Origin: a virus
Lineage: Duplodnaviria; Caudoviricetes
Reading direction: 5' to 3' (one strand)
DNA length: 55,593 nt
IMG/VR virus record: IMGVR_UViG_3300048835_001002
Location: 1-55,593 of that record
Shown here: positions 29,676 through 40,002 of the stretch, piece by piece
How the letters are laid out: each line of letters starts with the position of its first letter
How positions within the stretch are numbered: position 1 is the first letter of the stretch
Position numbers and translations under genes: made by a program
The notes under the pieces: model-generated
The model's database searches: none
What the model was told of the DNA's origin: nothing
The model's input: only the letters and a program-made list of their open reading frames with translations

Positions 29676-29897
29676 TCATAGCACAATTCCCTGCAGGCCG
29701 GTAGCGTTGTAGTGATCTTCCACCATTGCCAGTGTAATGCCATAATCTGCTGTAGCCTCGTGCCAAGATTGATTTTTTACGGGACGGACCAGGTTATTAG
29801 GAAGCACAAGTCCTGCCTCATTGATGATCGCATTCTCCAGAATTTCATCATGCTCGGGATCAAGGCCGGTTGTTTCTGTGTCCAAAAATATTTGCAT
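29676..29897 (-). pseudogene. Truncated DEDDh 3'-5' exonuclease
   Basis: IFLDTETTGLDP..DEILE (ExoI motif) but only 73 aa; ExoII/III absent. Confidence 0.75.
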
Positions 29898-29913
29898 AGG
29901 TTACTCCTGAACC

Positions 29914-30789
29914 TCAACCGATCATGCTCCGGCAGGCCGAGCAGAGCGGACGGCCGTGTTTGAATCGGACCACAGAAAGCAGCTTGATCCTGTCGCAGAC
30001 GCCATCCAGAACATCTCCATTCCCCGCACTGATCACCATCAAGCCTTTGGACCAGTCAATGATATTGGCTTTGGCATTGCTCAGCGCCGCGGACACATCC
30101 TCCTCGGTGCGCTTCACATTCTCGCTCTTGGGCGGCTGCACTGTTTCTGTGCCGGGAGCATGGGCAAGGCGCTGGACCTCTGCTTCAAGTTCCTTCACTC
30201 GGCGAAGAGCGGCCGAGAATTTATCCATGGAGAGCTCACCCTGAAGATTGCGCACCTCTGATTCCAGCTGCTCAACCTTTCGCTGCTGCGCCTGGCGGCT
30301 GCTGCGCTCTTCGTTGACCAGCTGCTCCAGCCGCTTCGCCCGGGCTTCTGCTGGCTCTGAGATTTGGAATGGGGATTTTCCTTCAATGACGAGATCGACC
30401 GCTGCAGCAAGTGTCATGCGGGATTTGAGAACCCGGCGCCGTCCGTCGCTCGTCACCCGCCCCTGGTCTTTGAAGGTGGTGCGAGCCAGACGCATAAGCA
30501 TGCGCAAAGGAAAACGGTCTTCATGGATCAGGATTTTCGCGCGGATCTGCGTCGGCCATGCCGCAGCCTTGATCATACGCGAGACGGTTGCCTGGCTGAC
30601 ACCGAGAGCCTGGCCCATCATGGGCTGTGCATGTCCGGCTTTGTCGAGCAGCAGGAGTCGGTCGCCCAGATCGAACCACTCCTCGGCCGTGGCCGGCGGC
30701 TTCAGTCCTATCAGCTGGGACGGCACCACGCGGAGTTTGGGCGGTCTTCCACGCCCTTTGCTTGTCTCCAGGGCGACAAAACTGGCCAT
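29914..30789 (-). CDS. KorB/ParB-like HTH protein with coiled coil
   Basis: QPMMGQALGVSQATVSRMIKAAAWPTQI is a ParB/KorB-type HTH; no ParB N-terminal domain. Confidence 0.6.
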   Translation of the reverse strand: MASFVALETSKGRGRPPKLRVVPSQLIGLKPPATAEEWFDLGDRLLLLDKAGHAQPMMGQALGVSQATVSRMIKAAAWPTQIRAKILIHEDRFPLRMLMRLARTTFKDQGRVTSDGRRRVLKSRMTLAAAVDLVIEGKSPFQISEPAEARAKRLEQLVNEERSSRQAQQRKVEQLESEVRNLQGELSMDKFSAALRRVKELEAEVQRLAHAPGTETVQPPKSENVKRTEEDVSAALSNAKANIIDWSKGLMVISAGNGDVLDGVCDRIKLLSVVRFKHGRPLCSACRSMIG

Positions 30790-31081
30790 GTTTGTGTCTC
30801 CTGTTTTTATTCCGGGAATGAAAAATCCTATCAGCCCAATATAGATCAGATATATCTGGAATAGGAATCCACATTCTTTCTCATCGCCCTTAAATATTCA
30901 AAATAAGATCAGGCCAGTATGGCCGGAAAACGACCCCTGCGAGGGTCATCCTCTGTTTTTTTCAATGATTCCTGATAGATAAAATCTATGAGCGGTAAGC
31001 GTCCAATATACTACTGTATTTTGATCGCCTGTTTTTTGAGCAATCGCCACCCTATTGCTTCCATTGATCCGATATGGTATC

Positions 31082-31096
31082 TATCCATTGTGGATA
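31082..31096. promoter_or_regulatory. Probable TA operon operator
   Basis: Palindrome TATCCA-ttg-TGGATA overlapping a TTGCTT-N17-TATCTA promoter-like element upstream of the antitoxin. Confidence 0.45.
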
Positions 31097-31160
31097 AAAT
31101 CCTTAAAGGTGAAATGGATTTGTTCCGATAGGTGACTGAATCTCAGAGGAGGCATGCCCA

Positions 31161-31430
31161 ATGACGGCCGTGAAGAAAGTGGACCCGCAGGGGCGCCTGA
31201 CGATTCCCGAACTGTCGGGGGCCCAGGTGATTATTGAAGCGATCAGCGAGCATGAGTTCCGCGTGCGCCGGGTTGAAGTAATTCCGGCTGAGGAAGCGTG
31301 GCTTTTCAAAAATCCAACAGCGACTGCTGCGGTGCAGGCCGGTCTTGCGGATGCCATCGCCGGGAAATTCGCGGATGACCCCCGCACAGGCAAGGACTAC
31401 AGCTGGCTGGATGATATAGAAGATGAGTGA
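31161..31430 (+). CDS. AbrB/MazE-type antitoxin
   Basis: KVDPQGRLTIP; IPAEEAWLFKN...GLADAIAGK; acidic tail; GAGGAGG RBS. Confidence 0.75.
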   Translation: MTAVKKVDPQGRLTIPELSGAQVIIEAISEHEFRVRRVEVIPAEEAWLFKNPTATAAVQAGLADAIAGKFADDPRTGKDYSWLDDIEDE

Positions 31431-31773
31431 ATTCACCCTCAAGTGGACCCCGGCGGCGCGGCAGACTTTTGTTGATCTTGAACAGCGGGCACTTCAGGCG
31501 TATGAAAGCAGACAGCAGACCGGCAAAAGTCAGTCAGCGGTTGAAGGTCTATTCAAGCAGATCAAGAAAACAGTGGATCTTTTGGGAGCAAATCCCAGAC
31601 ATCCTGGCCTTAAAACGCATGAATATTCGTCCATCCCCAATCCTCTGCGGAAAGGGGAAAAGGTGTTTGAAGCCTATGCCCAGAACAATACTCCAGGAGC
31701 CTACCGGGTCTTTTGGTGCTACGGTCCTGACAAGTCGGAGATCACCATCATTGCCATCACTCCCCATCCATGA
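31423..31773 (+). CDS. RelE/ParE-like toxin
   Basis: NPRHPGLKTH, VFEAY, AYRVFWCYG, ITIIAITPHP; overlaps the antitoxin stop. Confidence 0.75.
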   Translation: MSEFTLKWTPAARQTFVDLEQRALQAYESRQQTGKSQSAVEGLFKQIKKTVDLLGANPRHPGLKTHEYSSIPNPLRKGEKVFEAYAQNNTPGAYRVFWCYGPDKSEITIIAITPHP

Positions 31774-31779
31774 GCATCC

Positions 31780-32952
31780 TTGATGTCCGACGAGAATCTG
31801 GAAAACCCGCGCTTTGAAAAATTCGTCCACGAGATGATTGCGAGTTCAGATCACGGAGTGAACCTGAACTTTCTCCTGGGAGTCGAACCCCTTCTCGTTC
31901 CGATTCGAGAGAAGCGACGATATACCTACGGCGATTGTCTGCGGGTTGCCGAGAGGCATGAGGCGGCCATGGCAGATTTTCGCGGCATCAAACGATACCG
32001 AAAGGGTGACATAGCAGCCCAGGTGGCGAATGGCCTCATGATGTTCATGGAGTCGGCGGAAATGGGAGTGATCAATAGGAACATCAACTACTGTGCAGCC
32101 CGATGCATCGAAGGCGGCTTCGCTCCGGTTTACGTTCTCGGGAAAAATTTCTTCGATGATCTTTCGGATTCGGATGTTGGTGATGTGACCGTCTCGGTTC
32201 TCCCCGAATCATTCCGCGGTGTCCTGAAATTTCCAAAACCACTCCTTGATCAGGATGGCTATCAATTCGACGAAGTGATGGTGGTCATTGACAAGGCCGA
32301 TCTGGTCGAGAAGGTCGTTGGCATCACCAAAGGATCGATCACACTGCGTGACCGGGTCCTTCGAGGTGATGATATTGACGACTATTATCTGGGCATGTGC
32401 TGGCACGCGAAGGGGCCTGTCGGTCTTCAGCCAGGCGAGAGTAAACCCCGGGCCAAGATCGATGCCGGATACTTCTCCACCTTCCTTCCGAAAGATAAAA
32501 GCATCAAGATCGCTGAGCTTTTCGATCGCCACCAGTACCGAACGCTTGGTGCGCATAATATCGGTACGTTGGATATGATTTTTGAAGCCAGCAGATCTGA
32601 GCTGAACGACGGCTATACGAAGTCAATGAATTCTCTCTTTGCAGCCCTGGTCTACGTGCTTTCAGGCCGACCTGATTTGCGCTTTTACAAGAATCCAGTG
32701 CGGACACAGTCGCCGCAGTCCAGGACTCCCATCAAAGCCGACAAGCATTTGTCGTCGGCCGTCGATATCCATCTGGTCAATTACAGTTGGAAAAAAGATC
32801 CGGTCCATAAGAAAGGGGTCTGGCGGGTGAAGTGGCACAAGCGCCTTCAGCCCTATGGTCCTGATAAAAAGCTGACGAAGCTGGTCTATATCCAGCAACA
32901 TTGGCGAGAGCGATCGGCGCTCAAAGGTTCCTTAAATCCACCAGCCGAGTAA
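31780..32952 (+). CDS. Hypothetical phage protein (390 aa)
   Basis: Long ORF with basic C-terminal WRVKWHKRLQPYGP...VYIQQHWR motif. Confidence 0.7.
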   Translation: MMSDENLENPRFEKFVHEMIASSDHGVNLNFLLGVEPLLVPIREKRRYTYGDCLRVAERHEAAMADFRGIKRYRKGDIAAQVANGLMMFMESAEMGVINRNINYCAARCIEGGFAPVYVLGKNFFDDLSDSDVGDVTVSVLPESFRGVLKFPKPLLDQDGYQFDEVMVVIDKADLVEKVVGITKGSITLRDRVLRGDDIDDYYLGMCWHAKGPVGLQPGESKPRAKIDAGYFSTFLPKDKSIKIAELFDRHQYRTLGAHNIGTLDMIFEASRSELNDGYTKSMNSLFAALVYVLSGRPDLRFYKNPVRTQSPQSRTPIKADKHLSSAVDIHLVNYSWKKDPVHKKGVWRVKWHKRLQPYGPDKKLTKLVYIQQHWRERSALKGSLNPPAE

Positions 32953-33153
32953 AGATCCAGTAGGCTCGCCCGTCCCAATGCGCAGCAACATATACGCTGC
33001 GAAAGCATAGTGGAAAGGCAAGGGGAGTCGGGGGGATGTCCCGCTGCCTCGGGAATTCCCTACGGAGTCCGAACCTGGATTTAATCGGTTGGTAGTCCGA
33101 CTATCAATTCCTGTGGAGGTATCACAAAGCCCGGTGCTGGGAGGAACCTTTGC

Positions 33154-33801
33154 ATGGAAATCCGCTTTGAAAAGACCGCTGAAAAGTTTGTCGGTCTATG
33201 TGCAATTGCCCTCGGTATTATGTTTCTCTATGTCCCACTTTTTGATTTCCTCCAGAATGAGTCGCGCCAAAAAGAATTGTCAGAAAATGAAAAAGCTGAT
33301 ATCCGGTCGATCCATGAAAGCCAGAATCCGGCGGCTCTGACCGAGGCCGTAAACAGACTCATGGCCAGGTCCGATATCTCGCGGATCCATGTGCTAAAAG
33401 GTGAATACGAATACCCTGCTTTTGAGATAAAACTCGGGAAGAACTCGCGCCCCGGCGAGATCGAGCGTCATGTAAACCAAAACGAGAAAGGATTTTGGAT
33501 TTACATTGGCTACAACACATCGCTGAAACCTTCCATCAGTCCTGAACGGGAGATAAAAGAAACCATAAAAGCACTGGGCTCAGCGGTTGGGGGTATGTTC
33601 TTCGTTGTAATTGGGCTTATGAATCTCGCCGGTGTTTCTTCCAAATCTGAACAAAGGCTCGATAAAAAGAGGCCAACCCCCTCGTCTCCTTTAACGCCGG
33701 AACCAAAACAGGTCGCCCCAGAGAGAGTGGTGCCTGATCCCATCAAATATGGTGAACTAAAGCTTGTGAAAAGCGGGAATGAAAAGGCCCGCCCAGCATG
33801 A
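33154..33801 (+). CDS. Two-TM membrane protein
   Basis: Hydrophobic segments FVGLCAIALGIMFLYVPL and AVGGMFFVVIGLMNLAGV; GGAGG RBS. Confidence 0.7.
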   Translation: MEIRFEKTAEKFVGLCAIALGIMFLYVPLFDFLQNESRQKELSENEKADIRSIHESQNPAALTEAVNRLMARSDISRIHVLKGEYEYPAFEIKLGKNSRPGEIERHVNQNEKGFWIYIGYNTSLKPSISPEREIKETIKALGSAVGGMFFVVIGLMNLAGVSSKSEQRLDKKRPTPSSPLTPEPKQVAPERVVPDPIKYGELKLVKSGNEKARPA

Positions 33802-33870
33802 TTTGCAGTGGTCCGGAGTATCGAACCCTCTTATAAGGAGCCGAAGATTTGGCTCCTATCCTGTATGTCT

Positions 33871-34959
33871 TCAAGCTTTCTTGCGCATGGCCAGCAGCAG
33901 TCCAATGGACTGATCAACGACCGCTGTTTCATCGGGACCGAGTCCCGCAAGCTTTGCGCTAATTGAGTCGGTCTTGACCGAAACCCCTCTCAGTTCACGC
34001 TCAAGCGTTGTGGGAATGCCACAGACTTTCTCCCGCAGCTCGTTGATCTCTTCTTTGATCGCTCTGATCTCAACTTTAATCTCTGAAACGGTTTGAGAGA
34101 ACATGGCGATGATCTGCTTTTGCTGATCAAGCAGCGTTGTCATGGAATCCAGCAATAGATCGCTGGCAGGGTCATTTACAGCTTGCGTTACTTTTAGTGC
34201 GGGTTCAGGCGTTTCTTTGATAGGAGCCAGCTGAATGACAGTATCATCTTTTTCAGGTGCTTTGATTGGGGTGACAACGGCAGGATTGTTCATTTTCATC
34301 ACGACGTTCTCCGGGCAGGGTAGTTTGTGTTGAACCATGGCTTCGTATGCGCTCAGAGGAATTCCATTGAAGATAGTAACGCCACGCGATACGTCCTCCA
34401 GAAATCCTGAATTACGTCCACCATGCCATGCGCCGCTGAGTGCAGACTCCTGACCTTTTACAAGGAAGCGATCGAAGAACCTGGAAACATCCTTAAACTT
34501 GACCGTGTCGCCAACGGTTTTGAAATTGGCCAGAAGCCACCAAAGGCGAACAGATATTGGCACTGCGGAGCCGCTCCTCGGGCTTTCAGAGGGAATCTCC
34601 CGCAGCCTCATGAGGACATCGCTGCCACCAAAGACCTTTGATTCAAACTCCTCTTTGATGCCTGATACTCCTGACCCAGCAATAAATACGGGCTTTCCTG
34701 AGTAGAGTTCCCGAACCCGATGAAACATAAAGTGACTGGCGACCGTGGTAACAATGATAGCTGCATCGTGTCTTGTGGAGATGACTTTCGTGGGGGAGGC
34801 TTCTTCGAGATGTTCCGCTTTGAGCCAAAGGTCTTCGCAGTAGCGTATGAACTGATTGTCACTGGTCTTAAGGCCGGCGATCAGCACTGACCTTATCGAG
34901 CGCTGCTGATTCGCCTTTGGATCGGCGGCCCGCCAATCCTGACTTTGAGGGTGATTCAT
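33871..34959 (-). CDS. Hypothetical protein with DUF2325-like N-terminus and C-terminal coiled coil
   Basis: DAAIIVTTVASH...KPVFIAGSGVS pattern; heptad C-terminus. Confidence 0.6.
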   Translation of the reverse strand: MNHPQSQDWRAADPKANQQRSIRSVLIAGLKTSDNQFIRYCEDLWLKAEHLEEASPTKVISTRHDAAIIVTTVASHFMFHRVRELYSGKPVFIAGSGVSGIKEEFESKVFGGSDVLMRLREIPSESPRSGSAVPISVRLWWLLANFKTVGDTVKFKDVSRFFDRFLVKGQESALSGAWHGGRNSGFLEDVSRGVTIFNGIPLSAYEAMVQHKLPCPENVVMKMNNPAVVTPIKAPEKDDTVIQLAPIKETPEPALKVTQAVNDPASDLLLDSMTTLLDQQKQIIAMFSQTVSEIKVEIRAIKEEINELREKVCGIPTTLERELRGVSVKTDSISAKLAGLGPDETAVVDQSIGLLLAMRKKA

Positions 34960-35262
34960 TTGTTGTCCTTTTTAGACTGGTAAGTTGAAAAGCGGATGAT
35001 GCGATAGAAGGCTTCAAACGCTATTTCGAGGATTAGTGGAGTGATCGTGAGAAATTCAAGAGTGAACCCGTGGCGGCGAACAAAAACCGTTTTCAAACTT
35101 TCCGCTCACCGGATCGGTTCAAGCCGTATATTGATAATCCATTATCAATAAAAAGAGCACTTCGTCCTCTGAAGATGAGATCATTTTCTTTTGGCATTGC
35201 TTCTGATGGCGATGCCTTCCTGGTCGGAAGAGTGGTGCGGAGTATCCATAGTTACCTCGGAT

Positions 35263-35317
35263 AGATCCTGCAGAGATCCTATAGTTTCTCTGCAGAAATC
35301 CTATAGAGATCCTATAG
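35263..35317. repeat. Five phased 11-bp tandem repeats
   Basis: AGATCCTGCAG AGATCCTATAG TTTCTCTGCAG AAATCCTATAG AGATCCTATAG. Confidence 0.8.
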
Positions 35318-35595
35318 TATTCGGTTTTAAAATCCTAAAACTCCTGCCATTCGTCAGAGAGCAAACGGCAGCTTCATTTCATTCGTGAGTTCGTCCGACT
35401 TGCTTGCCGTGATCCTTCAAAAAGGTGTCATTTACTAGGAAATGTATTTTGAAAAATACCAAACAAAATAAATACATCCAGTCAAAAATTGGCAAAATTA
35501 AAGACACATTATTGTTAATAATATTATGTGTTTATATCACATATACGCTGCCTAACATCGTGGTGTAATGCTCGCGCATCGCCGATGATGCAAAG

Positions 35596-35853
35596 ATGAA
35601 AAAGAAAACGTCGGCCCGCGAAGCAAAACGAACAAGCCTTAAGAATTTAAAGGAGCGTGTGGGACGCAACGTCCGGCGAATGCGGCGAGCCTTGGGTCTT
35701 ACTCAGGAGCAGCTGGCTGATATGCACGGACTGAATCTTAGGTCGCTTCAGTCCATTGAAGCAGGGGCTACTGACTTTAAGCTTTCATCGCTTTGGCGAT
35801 TGGCCCGAGCCTTTGGCGTTGACGTTGAAGAGCTTATCAAAGATTCGCGCTGA
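35596..35853 (+). CDS. XRE-family HTH regulator
   Basis: VRRMRRALGLTQEQLA...SLQSIEAG...LARAFGV. Confidence 0.9.
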   Translation: MKKKTSAREAKRTSLKNLKERVGRNVRRMRRALGLTQEQLADMHGLNLRSLQSIEAGATDFKLSSLWRLARAFGVDVEELIKDSR

Positions 35854-37466
35854 AATAGGTGTTAGGATTGGCTTTTCCGGGAATGAGACTTTGTTCAAAC
35901 TGTTCGTTTTCGCTCTCCGTTCGTTACGTGGGACCACTCACCTATAAGTTTGTCAAGCTCGATGATGGTCTGCATTGTGACCACCCATTGCCCATGCTGC
36001 CAAAGCTTTCCGGGCTCAGGCTGATCAAGTTCATTGAGTTCTCGTGCGAATGATTGCCTTATGCTGATCAAATCATATAGCGTGTGCATCGGCTTACCTC
36101 CTTAACGCGCGCTTAGCCAACACTGTGTAAAATAAGCTCCCCTTAAGTACACTCATCAGTAAATATAGACCAAATTTGCAGCGATTTATTGCGAATTTCC
36201 GCTTTCCATTCCGCGATGTTAACAACTTATATAAGTTCAGGTGAGCAATGTTTAACAAATGTTGAACATCCTGAAGCGGACACCAGTTCTTGGGTTTGGA
36301 GTTGACGCGCAGAGACAACAAATCCATAATCCTTATTGCAGCCAGGCTGTAAAAAAAGATTTCGACACGAACCACTGCCTTGCCAACCACGATTTTTTTT
36401 CCGCCAAACACCCCTGGAGTTCAATTTTTCATCTTCCACGGTCTAACACTTTTAGATAGTCTCTGCGGAATGTCTCCTACTCACGTCAGTCAATTGACAG
36501 GAGCGAGGATGAGCGGAGGGATGCTGAATGGAATCTGGAATGGCTCTTGATTATGAAAACGATCGTTCTGCGGTTTTGCTGCAGCTCACTTATAAGGAGT
36601 GGAAGTGAGGCCAAAAAGAAGGGGGTATTGCGGCTGGTGGAACAGCCGCAAAACCTGTCTGGGACGGGTTATCCACAGAACTTAAGAAAGACTTACCAGT
36701 CTGCTGTTCTGTATGACCCGTCCTGGGCTTCTCTGGCAATTAAAAAAAATCATTTAGATGAACATTTGTTTTCGGATGACTGAATTTTTATTCGTGACGA
36801 GTAAAAAGAGCCTTTTCCTGTACGGCCTTTGAACCATGTCCATCCAGGGTTCCGTTGGTCAGTCTATCACGATCAGGTTCTCTAAACTCCATCACACTGT
36901 CATCGAAACGCAGAACCACGCGGCACATCCCCAGCCCTTATACGGTCGACAGTTATTCGTCCGATTGCGGCTGACGGCAGATGCCCAATTTTTCGGGGCG
37001 TTAGGAATACGTTGCTTTTCAGTTGATGGGCGTGACTGCAAAAGATCCTTAAGCGATGGAGCTTGCAGTCTGACAGGGCTCTTCAATTGAGCGGGCCAGA
37101 GGGATTGATTACCCCTTGGATACTTTTAGGTTACGAACTTTTACTCGCTCAGTTGAGTGGCTTTTTTGTGGCCACTTTTCGGAGTGAGGTGCGATTTTAA
37201 TCCAAAATATTTTTGAATTTCTGGGAGGTTATGCCGAGGCCCTGATGCGGCCAGATTCCGATCCTGGTTTTTGACATCAATATTTTTTTGCACGCAAAAA
37301 GCGTGTGCCGTAATGGCTCTTTACCCATAGAGAGATATATGGAGAGGGAGGTATTTTCTTAAAACGTGGTTTTAAGACAAACGCGGCAAATCAAGGCCCT
37401 GGAGGGAGGCGAAGCCTTGGCTTCGCTGCCCATGAATGAAAAGCAGCCAATTGGAGAACGAGCTGA

Positions 37467-39917
37467 ATGCGGATTCCGGAAGAAACCAAAAAAACCATCA
37501 AGGCGCTCTTGCCACCAGAGAAGCTGGCCGCCATGCTCGGCATTAGCGTAAAAAATTCCATGCTGCTTTGCCCCTTTCACGAGGACACAACGCCGAGCAT
37601 GAGCTGCAAGCGCGCCAAGTTCCGTTGTTTTGCCTGTGGAAAAAGTGCTGACGTGATTGAGTTTTATGAGAAGTATCGTGGGCTCGATTTTGTTGACGCC
37701 GTCCGCGATCTTGCAGCCCATGTCGGAGTCGACATCTCTGATCCGCAACCGAAGAAGTCAGACCGGAAAAAGACTGACTCGAAGGACGGTGCATATTCGT
37801 TCGGTTCGATCGAGGAGGCCCGCCGCTATTATTCAGCTCGCCCGGGCTACCGGTTGATTGCAGATCATGGGTGGTCAAATGATGACGGCACTCCCAACAA
37901 GCACGTCTTTCGGCTTTATCCTCTTGACCCCTTCGAGCGCAAGCAGTTTCCAACCGTTTTTCCGTCTGACGGCCGCTGGGTTAATAAAAAACCTGGGAGC
38001 CACCAACGCCCGCAGCCTTATCTCTGGGGCTCATGTCAGGACGGGGCCGAGGTGTTCATCTTTGAAGGCGAATGTGATGTCGAAGCTGCACAACACGAAG
38101 GATTTCCCGGCACTACAACGGGCAACTGCCACAGCTGGCATCCAGACTATGCACGGTATTTTCGTGGCAAGTACGTTGTGATTGTTCCTGACTGCGACGA
38201 ACATGGGGCGCGATACGCCGATGCCATTGCCGAGTCGCTCCGCTCTGTCTGCCTCGGCCTCAAGATAATCGACCTTGGTGGCTCGGACGGGTTCGACTTC
38301 AGAGACTGGCTAAAAGCCGGTGGGACGGCCGAAGTATTTCGGAAGCTCGTGGATGCGGCTCCAGACATTCTCCTCGCCTGGAACGCCCCCAAGGCGTCCT
38401 GGGATGGATTTGAACGCATACCCTATTTCGATTCCGATGAGATGCTCCACTGGTCGATCCGCTACTGGATCGAATACCTGGCGGCCGACCTTCAGGCACC
38501 TATTGATGCCATCGCCGCCGGGGTCATCACAGCTCTCTCGACTGTTATCGGCGCGAAGGTCTTTCTTTACCCCAAGGTCCATAGCACGACATGGCGCGCC
38601 TATGCCTGCATCTGGTATTTGCTGGTGGCGCCGGCCGGTGACAAGAAGACGGCAATTCAAAAAGCGTCGCTCGCCATGGCCTTTTTGCTCGATAAGGAAC
38701 TCTCGCGCCTGAATGTGGAAGCGGCTGCTCTGCGAGATGCCGAGGAGTCAACCCTGAAAATCGAGCGACGCCAACTGGAGGCGCAGTTGGCTGTGGCCAT
38801 TGAAAAGGGTAACGATGTGCAGCTTCTTCAGGAGCAGCTGACCCGGAAAGCGGCCCGGCTTCTGGCTCTTTCCAAGGAGGGCGACCGAAGCCTCATCGTC
38901 CAGGACGTGACCCCGGAAAAGCTGAAGGAGCTTCTGGTTCAAAATCCAAACGGTCTTCTCCAGTATAACGATGAGTTCGGTGGCTTCTGGCGCAATCTTG
39001 CCAAGGGCGCTCACACGGATTCGCGCTCGGTTTACCTTGAAGCCTGGAACGGCGGCGAAATCAAGGTCCAGCGCAAGAAGGGATCGTATTCCGGCTGGTC
39101 GATTCTCTCCTTTGTCAGCAGCACCCAGCCTGATTGGCTCAAAACTGTCATCGATGAAATCGTCGCTGGCACTGACCAAAACGATGGGCTCATTGCCCGC
39201 TTTGGTTTGATCGTCGCACACGACCGCCCCATCGGAACTTTCAAGTGGCACGATGCCCCCTTCAACCCAAAGGGCAAGGACCTTTTCGAGGAGATCTTTC
39301 GCCGGCTTTGGGAACTTAAGGTTCCTGAGGACCAAAGGGCCTTGCGCTTTGATCCAGAGGCCCAGGAGTTTGTCGTCCAGTGGATGGAGGAGCATCACAA
39401 TTTCTGGCGGGACAGCAAGGACCGCCCGGCCATGCGCAGCCACATGGATAAGCAGACAAGCCTTTTTTGCTCTCTCTCGATTATCTTTCACATGCTCTTC
39501 TGTTTTGAGGCAGAGGAAATCACTGACGAAAATAGCAGCTTCAGTCGGGAAATCTCCATCCATTCCGCTCGCATGGCAGCCAGCTGGTGCCGTTACATAG
39601 GCTATCACGTGCGCAAGGTCTACGAGCCAAAGCAAGGCTACTGGGACCCCTCGGTTCGCTCATTTGCGGCTCAGGTACTGGCTGGCAGGATAGTCGACGG
39701 CATGTCGCGTTCGGAAATTCTTGCGAAGAGGTTTCAGCATCTGAAGACAGCGAAAGACCTTGATAGCGCCATCCAGGGATTGCGCGAACTGAATCTCGTG
39801 CAGGAGACGGAGACTTTTCAGCCCGGTGGCGTGCGCACGCAAAAGGTTATTCGCATCAACCCGGCATCGCTGGAACGCTCCGATCCAATTGCTGTCAAGG
39901 ATGATAAAAATACATGA
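37467..39917 (+). CDS. DNA primase (CHC2 zinc finger plus Toprim) fused to a DUF3987/YfjI-like helicase domain
   Basis: CPFHEDTTPS...FRCFACG, FIFEGECD, VPDCDEHG, VAPAGDKKT, DVTPEKL, NDEFGG, DGLIARF. Confidence 0.85.
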   Translation: MRIPEETKKTIKALLPPEKLAAMLGISVKNSMLLCPFHEDTTPSMSCKRAKFRCFACGKSADVIEFYEKYRGLDFVDAVRDLAAHVGVDISDPQPKKSDRKKTDSKDGAYSFGSIEEARRYYSARPGYRLIADHGWSNDDGTPNKHVFRLYPLDPFERKQFPTVFPSDGRWVNKKPGSHQRPQPYLWGSCQDGAEVFIFEGECDVEAAQHEGFPGTTTGNCHSWHPDYARYFRGKYVVIVPDCDEHGARYADAIAESLRSVCLGLKIIDLGGSDGFDFRDWLKAGGTAEVFRKLVDAAPDILLAWNAPKASWDGFERIPYFDSDEMLHWSIRYWIEYLAADLQAPIDAIAAGVITALSTVIGAKVFLYPKVHSTTWRAYACIWYLLVAPAGDKKTAIQKASLAMAFLLDKELSRLNVEAAALRDAEESTLKIERRQLEAQLAVAIEKGNDVQLLQEQLTRKAARLLALSKEGDRSLIVQDVTPEKLKELLVQNPNGLLQYNDEFGGFWRNLAKGAHTDSRSVYLEAWNGGEIKVQRKKGSYSGWSILSFVSSTQPDWLKTVIDEIVAGTDQNDGLIARFGLIVAHDRPIGTFKWHDAPFNPKGKDLFEEIFRRLWELKVPEDQRALRFDPEAQEFVVQWMEEHHNFWRDSKDRPAMRSHMDKQTSLFCSLSIIFHMLFCFEAEEITDENSSFSREISIHSARMAASWCRYIGYHVRKVYEPKQGYWDPSVRSFAAQVLAGRIVDGMSRSEILAKRFQHLKTAKDLDSAIQGLRELNLVQETETFQPGGVRTQKVIRINPASLERSDPIAVKDDKNT

Positions 39918-40002
39918 ATTAAAGCCCTTTCGTGCAATATTTATATCAAGTTTTTGTCTGAACAATTGGAACAGCCCGTCCGATTCAAATGGAGATAGCG
40001 TA

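Noticed and set aside
32953-33090. GC-rich hairpins as a ribozyme or riboswitch
   Set aside because: Short stems are present, but no hammerhead core or recognisable riboswitch consensus
36224-36237. Palindrome AACTTATATAAGTT as a telomere resolution site
   Set aside because: Far shorter than N15-type telRL, and no protelomerase is seen
36669-36677. DnaA box TTATCCACA (also on the reverse strand at 31089-31097) as oriC-like origin
   Set aside because: Isolated single boxes, each better explained as part of a stem or operator
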